The notes under the pieces are model-generated. The model was not told the DNA's origin. It was given only the letters and a program-made list of their open reading frames with translations, and searched no databases. Shown here piece by piece: positions 26,866-41,579 of a stretch of 64,000 bases of DNA. The stretch spans positions 6,484,373-6,548,372 of the forward strand of contig JBOZIK010000001.1 in NCBI GenBank assembly GCA_051453625.1. Reading direction: 5' to 3'. The stretch comes from Welwitschia mirabilis (taxonomy: Eukaryota). Positions within the stretch are counted from its first letter, which is position 1; each line of letters begins with the position of its first letter. The translations under genes and the position numbers were made by a program.

Positions 26866-28120
26866 TTATGTTACATGTATTAAAATACACTATTTTTTTG
26901 AATTAATTTTTTTTAAAATTTCATAAAAGATACTATTTGTTTATTAATAACATTTCTTTAGAAGACTACTTTGTGTCTCAATTGAATTTCTAGTTTTCCA
27001 TTTTTAATTTTTATTGACTCATCCATTCTTGAGTATTAATTCTTACATAATATGCCTAATAGGAAGTTTCTAAGAGCATTTGACAGCTCAAAATTCAAAT
27101 TCTAGAAACCATGAAAATTTGATAAATGTTTAAAAATTAGGATTTATGGTGGATGTGACATGACTAATAACATGATTATTGACTTTCTAAAAATAATAGA
27201 TACATCATACATGAAAGGATCTTGCAACCATTTTTTTTCCTTCTCACCTAAGAGACCATCTATCTTACCAGAAGATTTTTAGAGACCTGAAGGTTATTTC
27301 TTTAAAATATATGCAACAAAAACTAGTGATCCTGATGGTCAAAATAAAAAGAAAGTTGTGATTATCTAATATAAAGACATGGTTCCCAACTCTTTGACCA
27401 TTAAAAACCAACCAAAAAATAAAGAGACAAAAAAATTGGAATATGATATCTACCAAATTACATTTAAAAGTCTCATATCTTCCATTCATAAACAAATGAA
27501 TGCTGCTTTCAATCATCTTAATAAATATCATTTTATAAAGTATTAACTTACAAACAAAACTCTTAAATGAATTAATTCACTATAATAAGGAAACCATTTG
27601 CCCTTTGATCTTTTCATTATTCTAATTGAAATTTTTTTACTAAAAATATTTTAAGCTTTTTTCTAATAGTTGAAGTTAAGAAACTAACATAAAAGGTTAT
27701 AATCATTAAAGTTCAGAAACTTGTATTAATGATAGAAGAAAACTACATAATAATCAAATGACTAATTGAACTTTATAATAATAATCACAGTAGAATAATG
27801 GCCAATTAACACAACATAAAATTTATTTTAAGGATAAAGAAGAGTAAAAAGAAGAAGATGCTAAGAGGCATTTAATTAAGCATAATACTAAAGAGTTAAA
27901 TAATAATATACAAGAAAGAATAATAAGAATGGAGACACTATTAATATGGATGAATATGTTTTATCTATTGTGAAAAACATATAGCGAATAACCATGGTTG
28001 TCTAAATAGCCATTGATATGAGGAAGTAAAAGTAATATAGAATAAACTACAGTTAAATTAGAAGCAAAAACATAAGATAGGCTACAATCAAATATATCAT
28101 TGTGACTATATGAAGTCTAG

Positions 28121-31100
28121 TAATTGCTTTATCAAAGCTAAAACCAAATCGTAAACTTATAAAACACCATAAGCCCAATGCAGAATAATATAAAAATAAA
28201 AATAAAACTTTGATATATTTTTTACATGCATAATATGAAACCTAATTAGGTGTTATACATACTTATAGTCTAAACAGAACACAAAAACGATAAGATCATC
28301 CAGGAAATTAAGAGTACTTATGGGCTTTTTTTAGCCTACATAAGTAATTAACACATTTTATCCTTATCAAATAAGGGATTATTTAAGATATCTAAGCAAC
28401 CTATACTTGATCTAGTTATTAGTAGCTAATACTTTTATCAAGTATCTTATTTTTACAGCTAACTTAATTATGACTCAAATATCTAATAACCCATTCCCCT
28501 CTTTGATGGTAACTTCACTAAACTTAGTTATCACATAAATATTTACAATTGAGACATAAATTTCATAAGGAAAAGAAATTCTATTGATGTATTCCATAAC
28601 CCCTCATATAAAATTTTTGTCCATATGCAATATGATAAAGTAATACAAATGACACACTAATGTGGATTTTAACTTAACCTCAACAAACTAAATAAGAATC
28701 TCATCTTTGAGAAGGAATCTCATCTTCATAAATACAATTGTATAAATATTTTCTCCAATGTGAATTTTGAGCTTAATTACTATAATTAAAATTAAGTATC
28801 TTCTCCAAGAATGTGGATTTTACCTCAACTTCTATAAGTGAACCAATCTTACTTTTACTAAGCACTTTTACTTATTGAGATTAATAAGTTTGAGACTCTT
28901 TAGGTACATCCTTCTTATACTCTTCCAAAGCCATAAGAGCATTAAATTTTTTTTACTATTACATCCAATACATCTTGAGCTTAAACTTTATAATTGATTA
29001 AAAAATGATCTACTTTCTTACAATAGAAACATCATTGTTTAGATCAATTTGATTTGGAACCCTTGATTTTAGAAATTAAAGATTTTTCTCCATAATATGA
29101 TCTCCTAGGAAATTTTCACTTTCCACCATTAATATGAAGATTTCGTTTTGAATTTCTGAATTTGTATCATTTGAAGTAAAAACCACACTTACAAAGTATG
29201 CTACCATACTATTTAATAGGATTTCTTTAGCATCATCATCTATAATAACTTGGTTGATGCTAGTGAGTTGAGAATGTATCGAGTGAAATGTATTAATATA
29301 GGAAACAATATTACTCTTACATTCATCTTGAGGCTATAAAGCTAGTGCTTTAGTGATATAGTAGTACAAATAATTTTAGATCCAACAAATTAGTTTAATG
29401 TATTCAATACTTCTTTGGATTTAGAATTTAACTTGATTAAATGAAGATAACGATCAATTATAGCAACCCTAGTAGTGAAACAACCATCTCATCTTTAACC
29501 TTCTAAGCCATCGTTTTATTTGCATCTTGTGACTTATTTTGGTTACTAGAAACATAGCCCTATAAACTTTCCTCAATTAAAATAAATATCTTTTTTTAAT
29601 CAAGTGTGAAAACTTTGGTGTTTAAACTTTTCAACCTTTGATTTTTTTTTTCCATTTTAAAAAATGTTTAAAACACTATGTAAACCCTAGAAAAGCTTAT
29701 GCGCATAGTTTCACAGGATGGAGATGATGAGGTCGATCCATGACATGACTTTTTATTTTTCACATTTTGCTTGAAGGGTTGATAGAAGATAGTGCATTAA
29801 GCTATTTCTAAGGGCTAACTTGATCTTCCTCCCAAATTCTCTCTTTTTTGTTTTTCCAAAAAAAAAGATAGTTAGGTTCACAAACCGAATCTATTATAAA
29901 GAATTACTTGTAAACATAATCCTTTTTTTGCCTTGTTTTAGGAATCAAGAAATTCTTTCTTTATAACATAGATTTATTTATCTTTTTTTTATTTCAATCT
30001 TGATCCCCACACTACCTTTAGTACACTGGCACCAACCATAACCTAGGTATGTGGGATTAATTATTGAAAAAATGAAATAAGACAAAATCTTGGTACTAAG
30101 AAAAAAATGAATGTTAAAATATAAATACTAAAGAAACCTTGCCAAAATACAAAACTCCTTGTAGAATTTATTGCTTGAAATGATTTCAAAGAAAATAAAA
30201 CCATCAAAAAGCAAAATAAAAAAGTAGGGAAAAAAAGGATTAGTGAATAGGGGTTTGTACTAAATGAATTTCCACTACTACAAAATATTGTCTACATTTA
30301 TGGTAGTGACATTTTGAAATCCAAACCACTTAATCAATATATCTTTTAAAAAATAACAAAATCTCTATTTCATATTTTCAAATAAAAATAGACAAGAAGG
30401 TTTTCAAAATGAATAAGCTGGGTAGATTCAAAATGGATGAAGATATTATTAAGACTAAAAGTTATATGCATGTTGTTAATAAACAATGAGTAATAAGATT
30501 AGATGTAAAGGGGAAAAGAGCAAACTACACACACACACACCCACACACACAAACCAACCAAATATTTGTAATATCTACTTGGATTTTTATGCATTAAATT
30601 TGTAATAGAAATCTAAAAATGCATTTTGCTTACTATAACAAGGATCTAAGACCTTAGAAATTTAGTAGTTCTACACTCATCATTATAGTGAATAATTTAA
30701 TTTTAAAAAAACTTTAGTGCAATTAGAGTGTAGTTTCACTAGCATTATTATTTGTGTTTGGATTACTCTCATATCATTTATTGGCTTTAGCAAAAGACAA
30801 AACTAAATAGCAAACCTAAATAACACATTAGGCTTAATTTGAAATAGTTAAAAATGAAAATAAAACTTTATATAGTTTATACATGCATAATATCAAAGTT
30901 GATTAGGTATTTATGCATGCNNNNNNNNNNTAACTCCTAGAAATAAGAGAATCTAAGGAATTAGAAGAAATTATGGGCTTTTGTTAGCCTACGTAACTAA
31001 TTAGCCCATTTAACCTTATCAAATAAGGACTTATTTACAATATTTAATTAACCTTTATTTGATCATCTATTATTAGATAAGATTTATATTAGGTATCTTA

Positions 31101-31138
31101 CTCCACAACTAACTTAATCATCACTTCAATATCCAACA
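28121..31138 (-). mobile_element. 3-kb non-autonomous or internally deleted LTR retrotransposon with both LTRs
   Basis: Diverged ~360-bp direct repeats at 28121-28488 and 30779-31138. Decayed tRNA-Met PBS (actctcatatca at 30765-30776 vs gctctgatacca). PPT at 28489-28506. Flanks tctag/tttag are consistent with a 5-bp TSD. Confidence 0.75.
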
Positions 31139-32528
31139 TTTAGTAAAGTTGTTAAAATGATACTTCAAAGTGAAGAACTTTTAATTTCGAATGCGTCATC
31201 TCATGAAGGGTTCTAAAACTTCATTTTTATAGTAATGGCATTCTATTTTATAAAGCATCACACTTGTCATATAATAAACCTATCTGTTAAAGATCTAAGT
31301 TTAATACCTTTTGAATTAAATTTAATGATCTTTGGTATAATTAAATTATTGGCGTAAATTTTCATGTCAATAATCTAAATTTTTTTGATTCTAATTATTG
31401 GAAATTTCTATTGGGATATTATGGTCATGTTATTGTAGTCTCTTCATGATGTTTCTTTGACCTACAGCTACAAAAAATTCCATCCTTAGGACCTTAAAAT
31501 GTAAAGGTTCAATCCTTTCAGCTTTTTTTATTATAAGCTAGGATATTTACAACTATGTTTCTGAGATATGAGGACGTAAGTACTATGAACAAGCAACAAT
31601 TGGTAGTGATAAAAGGTAAAGATTTGAAGGTAGTGTGGAGTAGTAGGATTCATATGTATAAGGGATTAATAGAAATGTAAACAATTGTTTCAATAATAAC
31701 ATGAGATCTAGACATGATAGAAACATTGCATGAAAGCACAATCGTGATAAACCATTAAAGGTTGTGGAGTGAAGAGAAGTGTTAATGTTTTAAAAGAAGG
31801 AAAAATGAGGAGATATTTCATGCTTTATGATGGAAAAAAATTCTAGATGGAAGGTTTCTCTCATCCAATAATTTCAAGGGAAAAAAAAAGATGAAAATTT
31901 AAAAAAAAAATATGATTATATATTACACTTAAATTTTAAATAAGTTTTAATTAGAGGGCCTTAACTCTCTATATCAATAATTTAAAAATAAATATTTTAA
32001 AAATACTACATTTTGCTACGTTTCTATGATAGATGACATGTAAGCTGGAAGGCCTTAATTCTCTTAGGTACATCTTAAAATAATTTTTAAATTTTTAAAT
32101 TTTTTATTTTACTTCTTATTGCAAAAACTTTTTTAATTTTTTATTTAATCTTTTCTTACTTTTAAATAAACTATATGGGCATGAAAATTTTGTTATGTTT
32201 AGTTGATTATGTAAGAGAATTTTCTTTGTTTCTCAATAAAGTAATTCATGCTTACATTGGAATGTTAAAGTTTTTCTAATTCTCAAGGATAAATCTAAAA
32301 TACTTTTTTAGAAATTTAATCCCATTATTGCTTAAAGAAGTATTAAAATGATAGTTAAGGGATTAAATTACATTTAAATTATTTTTATAGATTTTAATTC
32401 CTTAATCTATTCATTAATTTAATTTTTATATCTTTATTTATATTAAAATAATTTAATGGTAAATTATTATTTTAAGATTTTTTTCCCCTTTATATTATAT
32501 GATCTATAATTTTTTTCCTTTATATTAT

Positions 32529-32568
32529 ATGATCAACCATAGAACATTAGTGTTCTATGGTTGATCAT
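32529..32568. repeat. Perfect 18-bp inverted repeat with 4-nt spacer
   Basis: atgatcaaccatagaaca-ttag-tgttctatggttgatcat. Confidence 0.95.
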
Positions 32569-33199
32569 TGCCACTGAATCTTTGAAAATTCATGCATTTA
32601 TTTATAGCTCACTTTAGATTATAAGGGTTTTAATATCATAATCTTAACCTGATTTAAATTGCATTCAATGACATAAGTCATTTAATATTTCAAAAAGTCT
32701 TAATCTTCATCAAGGTTATAACTACTTACATTATTTGATCTATCATCATGATGATTTCTTTCATCATTTATTTCTAATATTCCCATACTTTTTCATAATA
32801 AAATCACATTTTATGATTATGCACCTCATACATTAACCTTTTGTAATATAATAAATATTTCTTATAAATTGATTACTTGATAATGAGATTTAATAATCTT
32901 ACTTACATTTTTAATCCTTATGTTAATTAAAAAATCTTAATTATTTTTTGTTCTATTGACAATAGTTTTTAATGTATGAATTAGTACTTGATGGTTCTTA
33001 AGTGTTAATGGTTTATGAATCAATGGTATGTTATCTTTTATTCTTCTTTTGGTAGAATTATATTTCTATCTATACTATATTAAGATTATTACATTTTAAA
33101 TCATTATCATGCTAATAGTAATAACCTAAGATGATTTACTTATAAACTACTATTTGAAAATGGTTTATGTAAATATCCATTTATATAATAGATATATAA

Positions 33200-36100
33200 T
33201 TATAACCAAAATATATTGTCATAATACTAGTATTATAACATATAAAATAAACCTAATCTAAAAATATATTATAATTATCTATAAACTAAACTATGAAGAG
33301 ATGTGATCTATATGTCATAAGCTCTCATAGTAAGATAAAATAACTAGAAATTTGTGATTGAAAAACAAATTTTCATGGTAAAAAAATATATATAGTCTTC
33401 CAAGATAACTCTTATAAAGGACCATAAAAGATATCTTAATCATCAATTCTCAATATCATCAAGACTTTGATTTCATTTTTACATATCCTTCCTTAATCTT
33501 TGAGTTTTTAAAATGAATAATTTAAAATAGTGGTGATATGGTTAACATTGTAGAGGTAGTTTGCTTTATAAACATTCTAAACACATTCCAGATTTAGATA
33601 CATTCATATCTTATTATTAATGATGTCATAAATGAATAGACTTCAATGATCTTAACATTTGTTAGAAATTTTTTCTAAAGGGTTTTTATGTCTTTAATAT
33701 ATTAGGATTTTTCAATTTCTAATAATTTTACACATCTTATTATATTTATGACTAGCACATCCATTCTTTCACAACCCTAGTAATGTTAAGAAGACTAATG
33801 TATTAAGGTAACTTGAAAAGTCAAGTCAAAAGGGAATAGAAAGATGGAAAGAATGATTTGAAATAATAAAACGATCAACAACCTTTTCCTTAGAATGTAA
33901 TTAGTAGATATACATCCAAATTTTGGTTTCTTCATTTGGATTTTACTCTTATTAATTATTAATCTTACTATTAAAAGTGATTGATCTTTTTACATTCATC
34001 ACTATAGTAATGACCTTACCAATTAAATGTATAACTTATAGGACTTCAATCCTTTATTAAGATTCAAAGGTTATAATTACATGACTAATACACTACTAAT
34101 AATAATAATCATAATTGAAAAATAAATACATTTAAAAAAAAGTGGACTCTTACACAAACACATCAATCTTAAATTAACATTACTTAAGTAGTCTAAATGC
34201 TAAATAATTAATCATTTAGTGAATTTTATTTTCCTAACTTAAGATGACCTGATGTTGCTTACTACTAGTTGATTTCTAAATTTTTGAAACTTTATTATGT
34301 TTAGTGGATTTTCTTGGAATGTCTATAACCTAATCTATTAATGACACATATTTTACATTTATCATATCATTATGATAAAATTCTTGTATTATATAGAATT
34401 TTATTGCAATATATTTCATTTTATTATGAAAAGAATAATTTTTTTATCATGTGAATCGTAGATGACTATTTACACGTACCCCTAGTGAATCCATTACAAT
34501 CCTTTATTAACTTTCTCTTTGAGATATTAATAAATATTTTAATAATATTAGTTAATTTATTGTAGGTTTCCTTGTATCTTGACAATAACTAAACTTTGAA
34601 TTCTTCATCTTCTTAAAATGAATTCCAAACATTCTTGTTCCCTTTAGTTACTTTAAAATAATAGCAACCACACTCTAGTGACTCTATTTTGATCTAACCA
34701 TATATCTCGCTCCTAGTTTAACTCCATAGGAAATATTATATTAAAGATTAGTGTCATACATTAAGTTCCTATTAGTTTAAAATACAATGACTTATTTTCA
34801 TTTTGTTCTTCTTTATCAGTAATTAACTTCATGTTTTATTCCATTAATGTAAACATTATTTTATTATTTTTCATATCAAAATTTTTTAACATATCACTAA
34901 TGTACTTTGATTAATTCAAGAAATTCTGATTATTTTCATTACTCACTTTGATACTTAAATGTTATTTTACCAATTCTATATTGATGGTTTCTTTTTGCAA
35001 TATCTTTCTTCAACTTCATAATGTCATCTTCATCTTCTTTAGCAATAAAGATATTGTTTATAAACATAATAAGATATGTTATCTTACCTTTTCCATGATT
35101 GATAATTTAGCACTAATGTCCTGATACTTGCACATATCAATTCATAATTTCACTAAGATATTTCTAAGCTTAATGTATCATGCACTTGGCACTTGATTAA
35201 TTGATGTAGTAACTTCCTTAATGTACACATATTCTACTCATATATCTTTACCATAAAACCTTAGGATGAGTTAGGTAGAGTTCCTCCTTAAGATTTCTAT
35301 TAAAGAGTGCCATTATTTCATCAAGCTAATGCATCTTCCATCTTTTTGTACTTATAATATAACCAAGATTCAAATGATCTTTTCATTTTGATATTGTTAC
35401 AAATACTTATATGTAGTTAGTTTGATTCTTTTGAATTTATTTTTTTCCCTTAGTTACCCAACAATCTAACTTATACTTATTAAGCATTTTATTATATTTA
35501 TAGTTATTGTGGAACATCCATTTATTTCTTACTAGTTTCGTTCCTAGAGATAAGTCCATCATATCCTAAGTATCATTTTATATCAAAGACTTAGATTCTG
35601 TGTTTATTACATCTCTTCACTTCATAGCTTTCTTAAATGTTATTTGTTCATTATTATAAGTAAGGTAAGTTTCTAGAAAATGTAGTTCTAGTTTTAGCTT
35701 TTCATCATTATTTATTTTATGAGTTAAAATACTTTGATGAGCATTTTTTCTGATTTAATTCTATTAAACTTTAATGAACTTTACAAAATTATCTACCTAT
35801 GAGTGTAAGCTTAGATATCTTTACATTCACGTGTAATTATTAGAAAATTCTTTATTAAAGCCTTACTTCAAAGTTTGTAGTTGAAGATATTCCATTCATC
35901 CTTTTCTCTAGTTATTAAAAATTTTGATATTGTGAACTCTTCATTTGAGTAAATGAGAGTCACTAATGTATATATTCCTATTTTTACACTTGAATTATCA
36001 AATCTACAGGGTTACTTCCATCCCCTCTATAAAGTGTAAATCCATATAATACAATCACTTAATCTTTAATTTTCATGCTTTAACTCATGGATCTTCACTC

Positions 36101-39100
36101 TCTAATTTAATGTAAGGAGAATCTCTTCATAATATCCAAATATTACATCAAGGGAAAAAATGATATTTTGATGTCATAACAACAAGACTTTATACATCTT
36201 TGTGCAGAGTCCATACTCAATAAATATACATGGCTAGGAATGTAGTTAAAGCTTTTTGCAACTCTATGATAAGATAAATGCATAACAATGAAATTCAAAC
36301 ACTTAAATGTGTCTTACACTTACAGAAAGTATTGTCCACAACTTATGAAATAGTTTTCTATCCTTCCTAGATGGACTATTTAATTGCTATATGATTATTT
36401 CAAATGATTCTCTCCATAAAAGACAAATAAGTNNNNNNNNNNTATTATATATGAGAATTTCTCATATCATATTAAAACATGTGCGATTTATTTACTTTAT
36501 TATATCATTTCACTATAGTGTTTCTAGTTGTATTCTTATTATTCCTTTCATCTTTATAAATTACTTAAACTCCTCTAAGACATACTAATTATCAATATTA
36601 ATATGTAAAGTTTTAATTGTATGGAAAGAATCATTTTTAACATGACACTTTTAGTATTAAAATTACTTAAAAACTTGAAATTGTACTAAAAATAAAATAT
36701 CTATATTTTTATGAATTCTTCATCAATAAAAGTGAGGAAACATCTGTTACTTCTAAAAATCTCAGTTGGCATTGATGCACATACATTTTTATGAATTCCC
36801 ACTTACTATGGTTATACTATGGCTTTTCTAAATTGTATGTCTTTTAATCTTACTTAGAATAAATTCCTTTCCTTTTAGATTCTTCATCTTCAGGCGCTTC
36901 GAAATTTCTTTGAGATGAAAAATCCTCTTCAATAGAAAATGAACATTTTTATCATGCTAAAGAATAACTGTAAAAGATTTGATGTATTATTTCTTTCTGT
37001 AACCATATAGTAGAATACTTGTTACTCTATACTTGTAAAATGAGTTATTTCTTTCTAGCATGTTAATGCTCTATTATTAAACTACATCTTACTTTTAATT
37101 TAATCCATAATATAGCTTTTTTCCTTCACTTACTTTTTCATTCATTATTATCCTTATAACATTAAAAACTTTTTGAATTAATGTAATTAGAAATATTTTC
37201 TATTTAACTTTTAAGGCATATAAAAAGTATCTTAGCTATAATTTGAGTCTCTAAAGATTTCACAAATACCATTCTAATACCTAGCATTGGTTGTAATTTC
37301 TAAACTACCATTATAATTATGATGTGGATTATTTCATTCTAGTTATAGAAAAAATCTTTTTTTTAAAGTTAAATGATGATCTTCTATGGTATTAATTAAC
37401 CAACATCCTACTGTAGTAACCACAACTGAATTTACATACCTATTTTATCTACATGACCTTTCACAAAAGTTGTTTCATATTGTCATCTCTTAAAAGATTA
37501 CTTATTTAGACTTCATTATTCTTCTCCTCCATAAATCTAATATAGGATTTAGATTCTAGATGACTATTAGAAAAGTTTAGTTTTGATATCATCTCCTCTA
37601 TATAATATGCTTGATCTATCTATTAAAGTTGTCCATATGGAACTTTACACTTAGATGGATAGTAGCCATTCATTTATCATATCATACACTTTATCTATCA
37701 TTTTTACTTCTTTATATATATATATATATATTATTTTGTTTATCTTGTTTCTTAAACTTATTATCTTTTCTATAATTATTGTTCTTTTTCTATCTTATTT
37801 TCTACTATATAGAGAGAATAAGTGGTAATACATATGCATCTTATCCATTTTATTTAGCTTCATATCCTTTAGAAATGATTTTTATGTCAACTAGTCCACA
37901 TCATAATGCACATTAAAATGCACTAAGATCNNNNNNNNNNNNNNNNNNNNNNNNNNNNNNNNNNNNNNNNNNNNNNNNNNNNNNNNNNNNNNNNNNNNNN
38001 NNNNNNNNNNNNNNNNNNNNNNNNNNNNNNNNNNNNNNNNNNNNNNNNNNNNNNNNNNNNNNNNNNNNNNNNNNNNNNNNNNNNNNNNNNNNNNNNNNNN
38101 NNNNNNNNNNNNNNNNNNNNNNNNNNNNNNNNNNNNNNNNNNNNNNNNNNNNNNNNNNNNNNNNNNNNNNNNNNNNNNNNNNNNNNNNNNNNNNNNNNNN
38201 NNNNNNNNNNNNNNNNNNNNNNNNNNNNNNNNNNNNNNNNNNNNNNNNNNNNNNNNNNNNNNNNNNNNNNNNNNNNNNNNNNNNNNNNNNNNNNNNNNNN
38301 NNNNNNNNNNNNNNNNNNNNNNNNNNNNNNNNNNNNNNNNNNNNNNNNNNNNNNNNNNNNNNNNNNNNNNNNNNNNNNNNNNNNNNNNNNNNNNNNNNNN
38401 NNNNNNNNNNNNNNNNNNNNNNNNNNNNNNNNNNNNNNNNNNNNNNNNNNNNNNNNNNNNNNNNNNNNNNNNNNNNNNNNNNNNNNNNNNNNNNNNNNNN
38501 NNNNNNNNNNNNNNNNNNNNNNNNNNNNNNNNNNNNNNNNNNNNNNNNNNNNNNNNNNNNNNNNNNNNNNNNNNNNNNNNNNNNNNNNNNNNNNNNNNNN
38601 NNNNNNNNNNNNNNNNNNNNNNNNNNNNNNNNNNNNNNNNNNNNNNNNNNNNNNNNNNNNNNNNNNNNNNNNNNNNNNNNNNNNNNNNNNNNNNNNNNNN
38701 NNNNNNNNNNNNNNNNNNNCATAATCTTTAATTTTCCATTATTAATAGTGTTGTAATAATTTTATCATAGTTTGATACTACCTAAGCACTTTAATTAGAA
38801 ATAGCCATGTAATGTAGTATATTCTATAGTCTATGTCGAGGCTCTTCTTGATCCCTTAAATATTATTAAAAATCTCAAATGCCTTCACTCTCTTCATGTG
38901 AATATTATTCGTATGACTTAGGTAAACTTCACGTCTAATTTCTTAATACAGCTTATATTAAACATTTTTTCAATCTTATATGTAGATGTATACTTATTCA
39001 CCGCTTAATTATGATATTTATTTATGATCAAGAGAAATGAAGAAGATAAAATTTTAGTAAGGATTTCCATTTTAAAATTTCTTCATTACCTACTGTTGAA
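33200..39100 (-). mobile_element. Degenerate Ty1/copia retrotransposon (spans an N gap; limits approximate)
   Basis: Minus-strand remnants in copia order: gag knuckle-like ~37880-37910, integrase FLTFIDE ~36720-36742, EQITFKKAM ~35622-35650, HQLD..AL-like ~35300-35332, YISDM (YVDD-like) ~34889-34904. Confidence 0.7.
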
Positions 39101-39549
39101 AGTTAAATATTGTTCTTTTCTATATGACTTATGTACACTTGCTTAGATTAGCTAAAAATATGAATCTATCATATTATCAACCCCCATATAACTACCATCT
39201 AACATGATATCAACATTTATCTAGAAATTAATTAAAGTTGTCACTAGTTACTAAAGGTTTGTGTTAATGTTGGATGCATTAAATTCACTTGAGTTCATTC
39301 TTTTAAGTTATTAGAATTAGTGAGTACTATAGAAAACCTCTTATCTCAAGTAGGGAAAAAGTTACATTATGTCTAAATTATTTTAGATCTACCTTTTTGG
39401 CCTTTTATAGCTTACATAATTATCAAGTACTAATTCATAATTGAAACAACTTGCATAATGAATTTTAAGCTATTTGGCATGATAGAATACCAATCAAAAT
39501 AAAAGAAAGTAAGATTGGAAAAATTCACATGTATTAATTGACTAATAAT

Positions 39550-39600
39550 TTTCTAGGAGGTCACCCATCTGAGTACTACTTCAAAGAAAGTATTCTTAAT
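39550..39600 (-). pseudogene. 5S rRNA-derived fragment (internal Pol III promoter region), Cassandra-like or 5S pseudogene
   Basis: ttctaggaggtcacccatctgagtactact...aag....cttaa matches the reverse complement of plant 5S rRNA (TTCCCAGGAGGTCACCCATCCTAGTACTACT...AAGCACGCTTAA). Both 5S ends are absent. Confidence 0.8.
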
Positions 39601-41579
39601 CATAGATATTTTTACTTATTTAATGCTTTTAGGTTTAAATAAAACTTATGTATATAATAAAACCCAATAAATTTCTTACAATGAATTATCTCATTTGTTT
39701 CCTTGGATTTTCTCCTAGCATTCAACCTCATCCTAGGCATCCAACTTATTAAGTTCAATAGTGGTATTTTTAGTGAAAACAATTTCAATAAATCAAATTT
39801 TTTGCTTTACCAAATTATTAATTTATAATAGTTTAATCAACCATGAAAAATTAGCAAATCATTTTTTCCAAAATGTTTGTAAGATAATTATAATAAGCTA
39901 AAATATCAAGAATTTTATGCATATTTCTAGGTTTATTAAAAATGATATTATAGAAGTAGATGTATATAGTTCTTGATCATTAGAAATAAATCCTTAAAGA
40001 TGTAAAATTAGTTAATTAAACATAAACCAGAAACATCAAGTACAAGGATACTAAATTTGTTTCAATTAGTCTTCAATCAATCTTTGACACACATGCATAC
40101 ATAGATTAGACTAGTAATCTTCCTTTATTTAAGGTTCTAGAATCTATGTAGTCTAATAATGTTAATCCTAATCTTAACCATTTGTCATTTTTCTTTCACA
40201 CAATATAAATAAATTTTCTCAAAGCCTCTTCATTATATAATTCTACTAATCCCTTAAGTTATAATAATAAATAATAAATATTATTTACTCTATAAATCTC
40301 TAGCCCCTTTTACCTAATTATAACTTTAATTAATAAAGCATCTAGTTAAATACCATTTTAGCCCTTTGGCAAATTGATTTCCTATTAATACAACGTACAT
40401 AAATGAAACATAAATAGCATTCATAATTATATCCTCATAAAAATAACAACTAATATGTTTCAAACACTTAAATAAGATGCCAAGTACCAAATAGATCCTT
40501 GGATCATTCAAATTTATAAATAAATGACTAAAAAATCACTCAAGAACATATGGCTTACCCTTGTTTTCCTCCTTTTATATCTAAATACTTACCCTTAAAC
40601 TGATATAAACTTATAGCTTTTTGATTGATCTAAGAAAAACCTTAAGATAGTATACTTTGAAGATAACATATTGATAAATGCATCCTTTTTTAGGAAAGGA
40701 AAAAATTCCTAAAAGTAAATAAGAGTAAATTATTTAAGGTCTTAAATAATTAATGCAAACAAAATTAACTAAATAAATCATATTTATCACCATGACCAAT
40801 ACCCCTACTAATAATTATGCTAAAAGTGTTTGGATGACAAAAAGAAATTTCATTAAACATTTTTAAAATATTTTTAATTAGACAAATATACTAGAAATAA
40901 TGTGAAAGAAGAATAAGTGGATACAATTAATAATACAAGCATTTATAACATTCCTATTAAGTCTCTACATGCTTAAATATTTATATTAGACATTTGCCTT
41001 CATAAAAAACTGTACTCATCATTTTATTATGCAATTATTTTTTATAATAACTCTTCCTCTTTTTTTAAATATATATTACATTATAACGCAATCACATAAT
41101 CATAAGGATATAGTATCATTCAGAGTCAGCAGTTATGATGTATAGTCCCTTATTTAAAATTTGGAATTACATTATAATGTTCACATACTTTTATTAAACA
41201 AGGGCATAAATAGAGATAGATATGCAAATTCCAAATGTTTCATCATACAAAGAGTACTTTTTTGTTAATGAAACCATTATTATTAATTATAACATTAAAA
41301 AGGTTACATATTATTAACTTTAACAAGAAGAATAAGATTATCATATTGTTATTCAAATACTAGTTTATATAATTAATACATATAATAACACCAAGTACAA
41401 GTTAAAAAACAAGATCTGAGTTAGATAAGGATGTCAAAAGTTGGGGTATAATTTCTTAATAGAAGTATTTTAAAATTTAAAATATTATATTTTAAATTTT
41501 TTTGGCGGAGAGGCTAATCCCCAGCCACTGATATATCCAGGACAACATTATGTTTTTTTTAATAAAATAATTTTTAACA

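Noticed and set aside
37913-38722. 269-aa ORF and other X-rich ORFs (42477-42774, 51435-51668)
   Set aside because: They span runs of N (assembly gaps).
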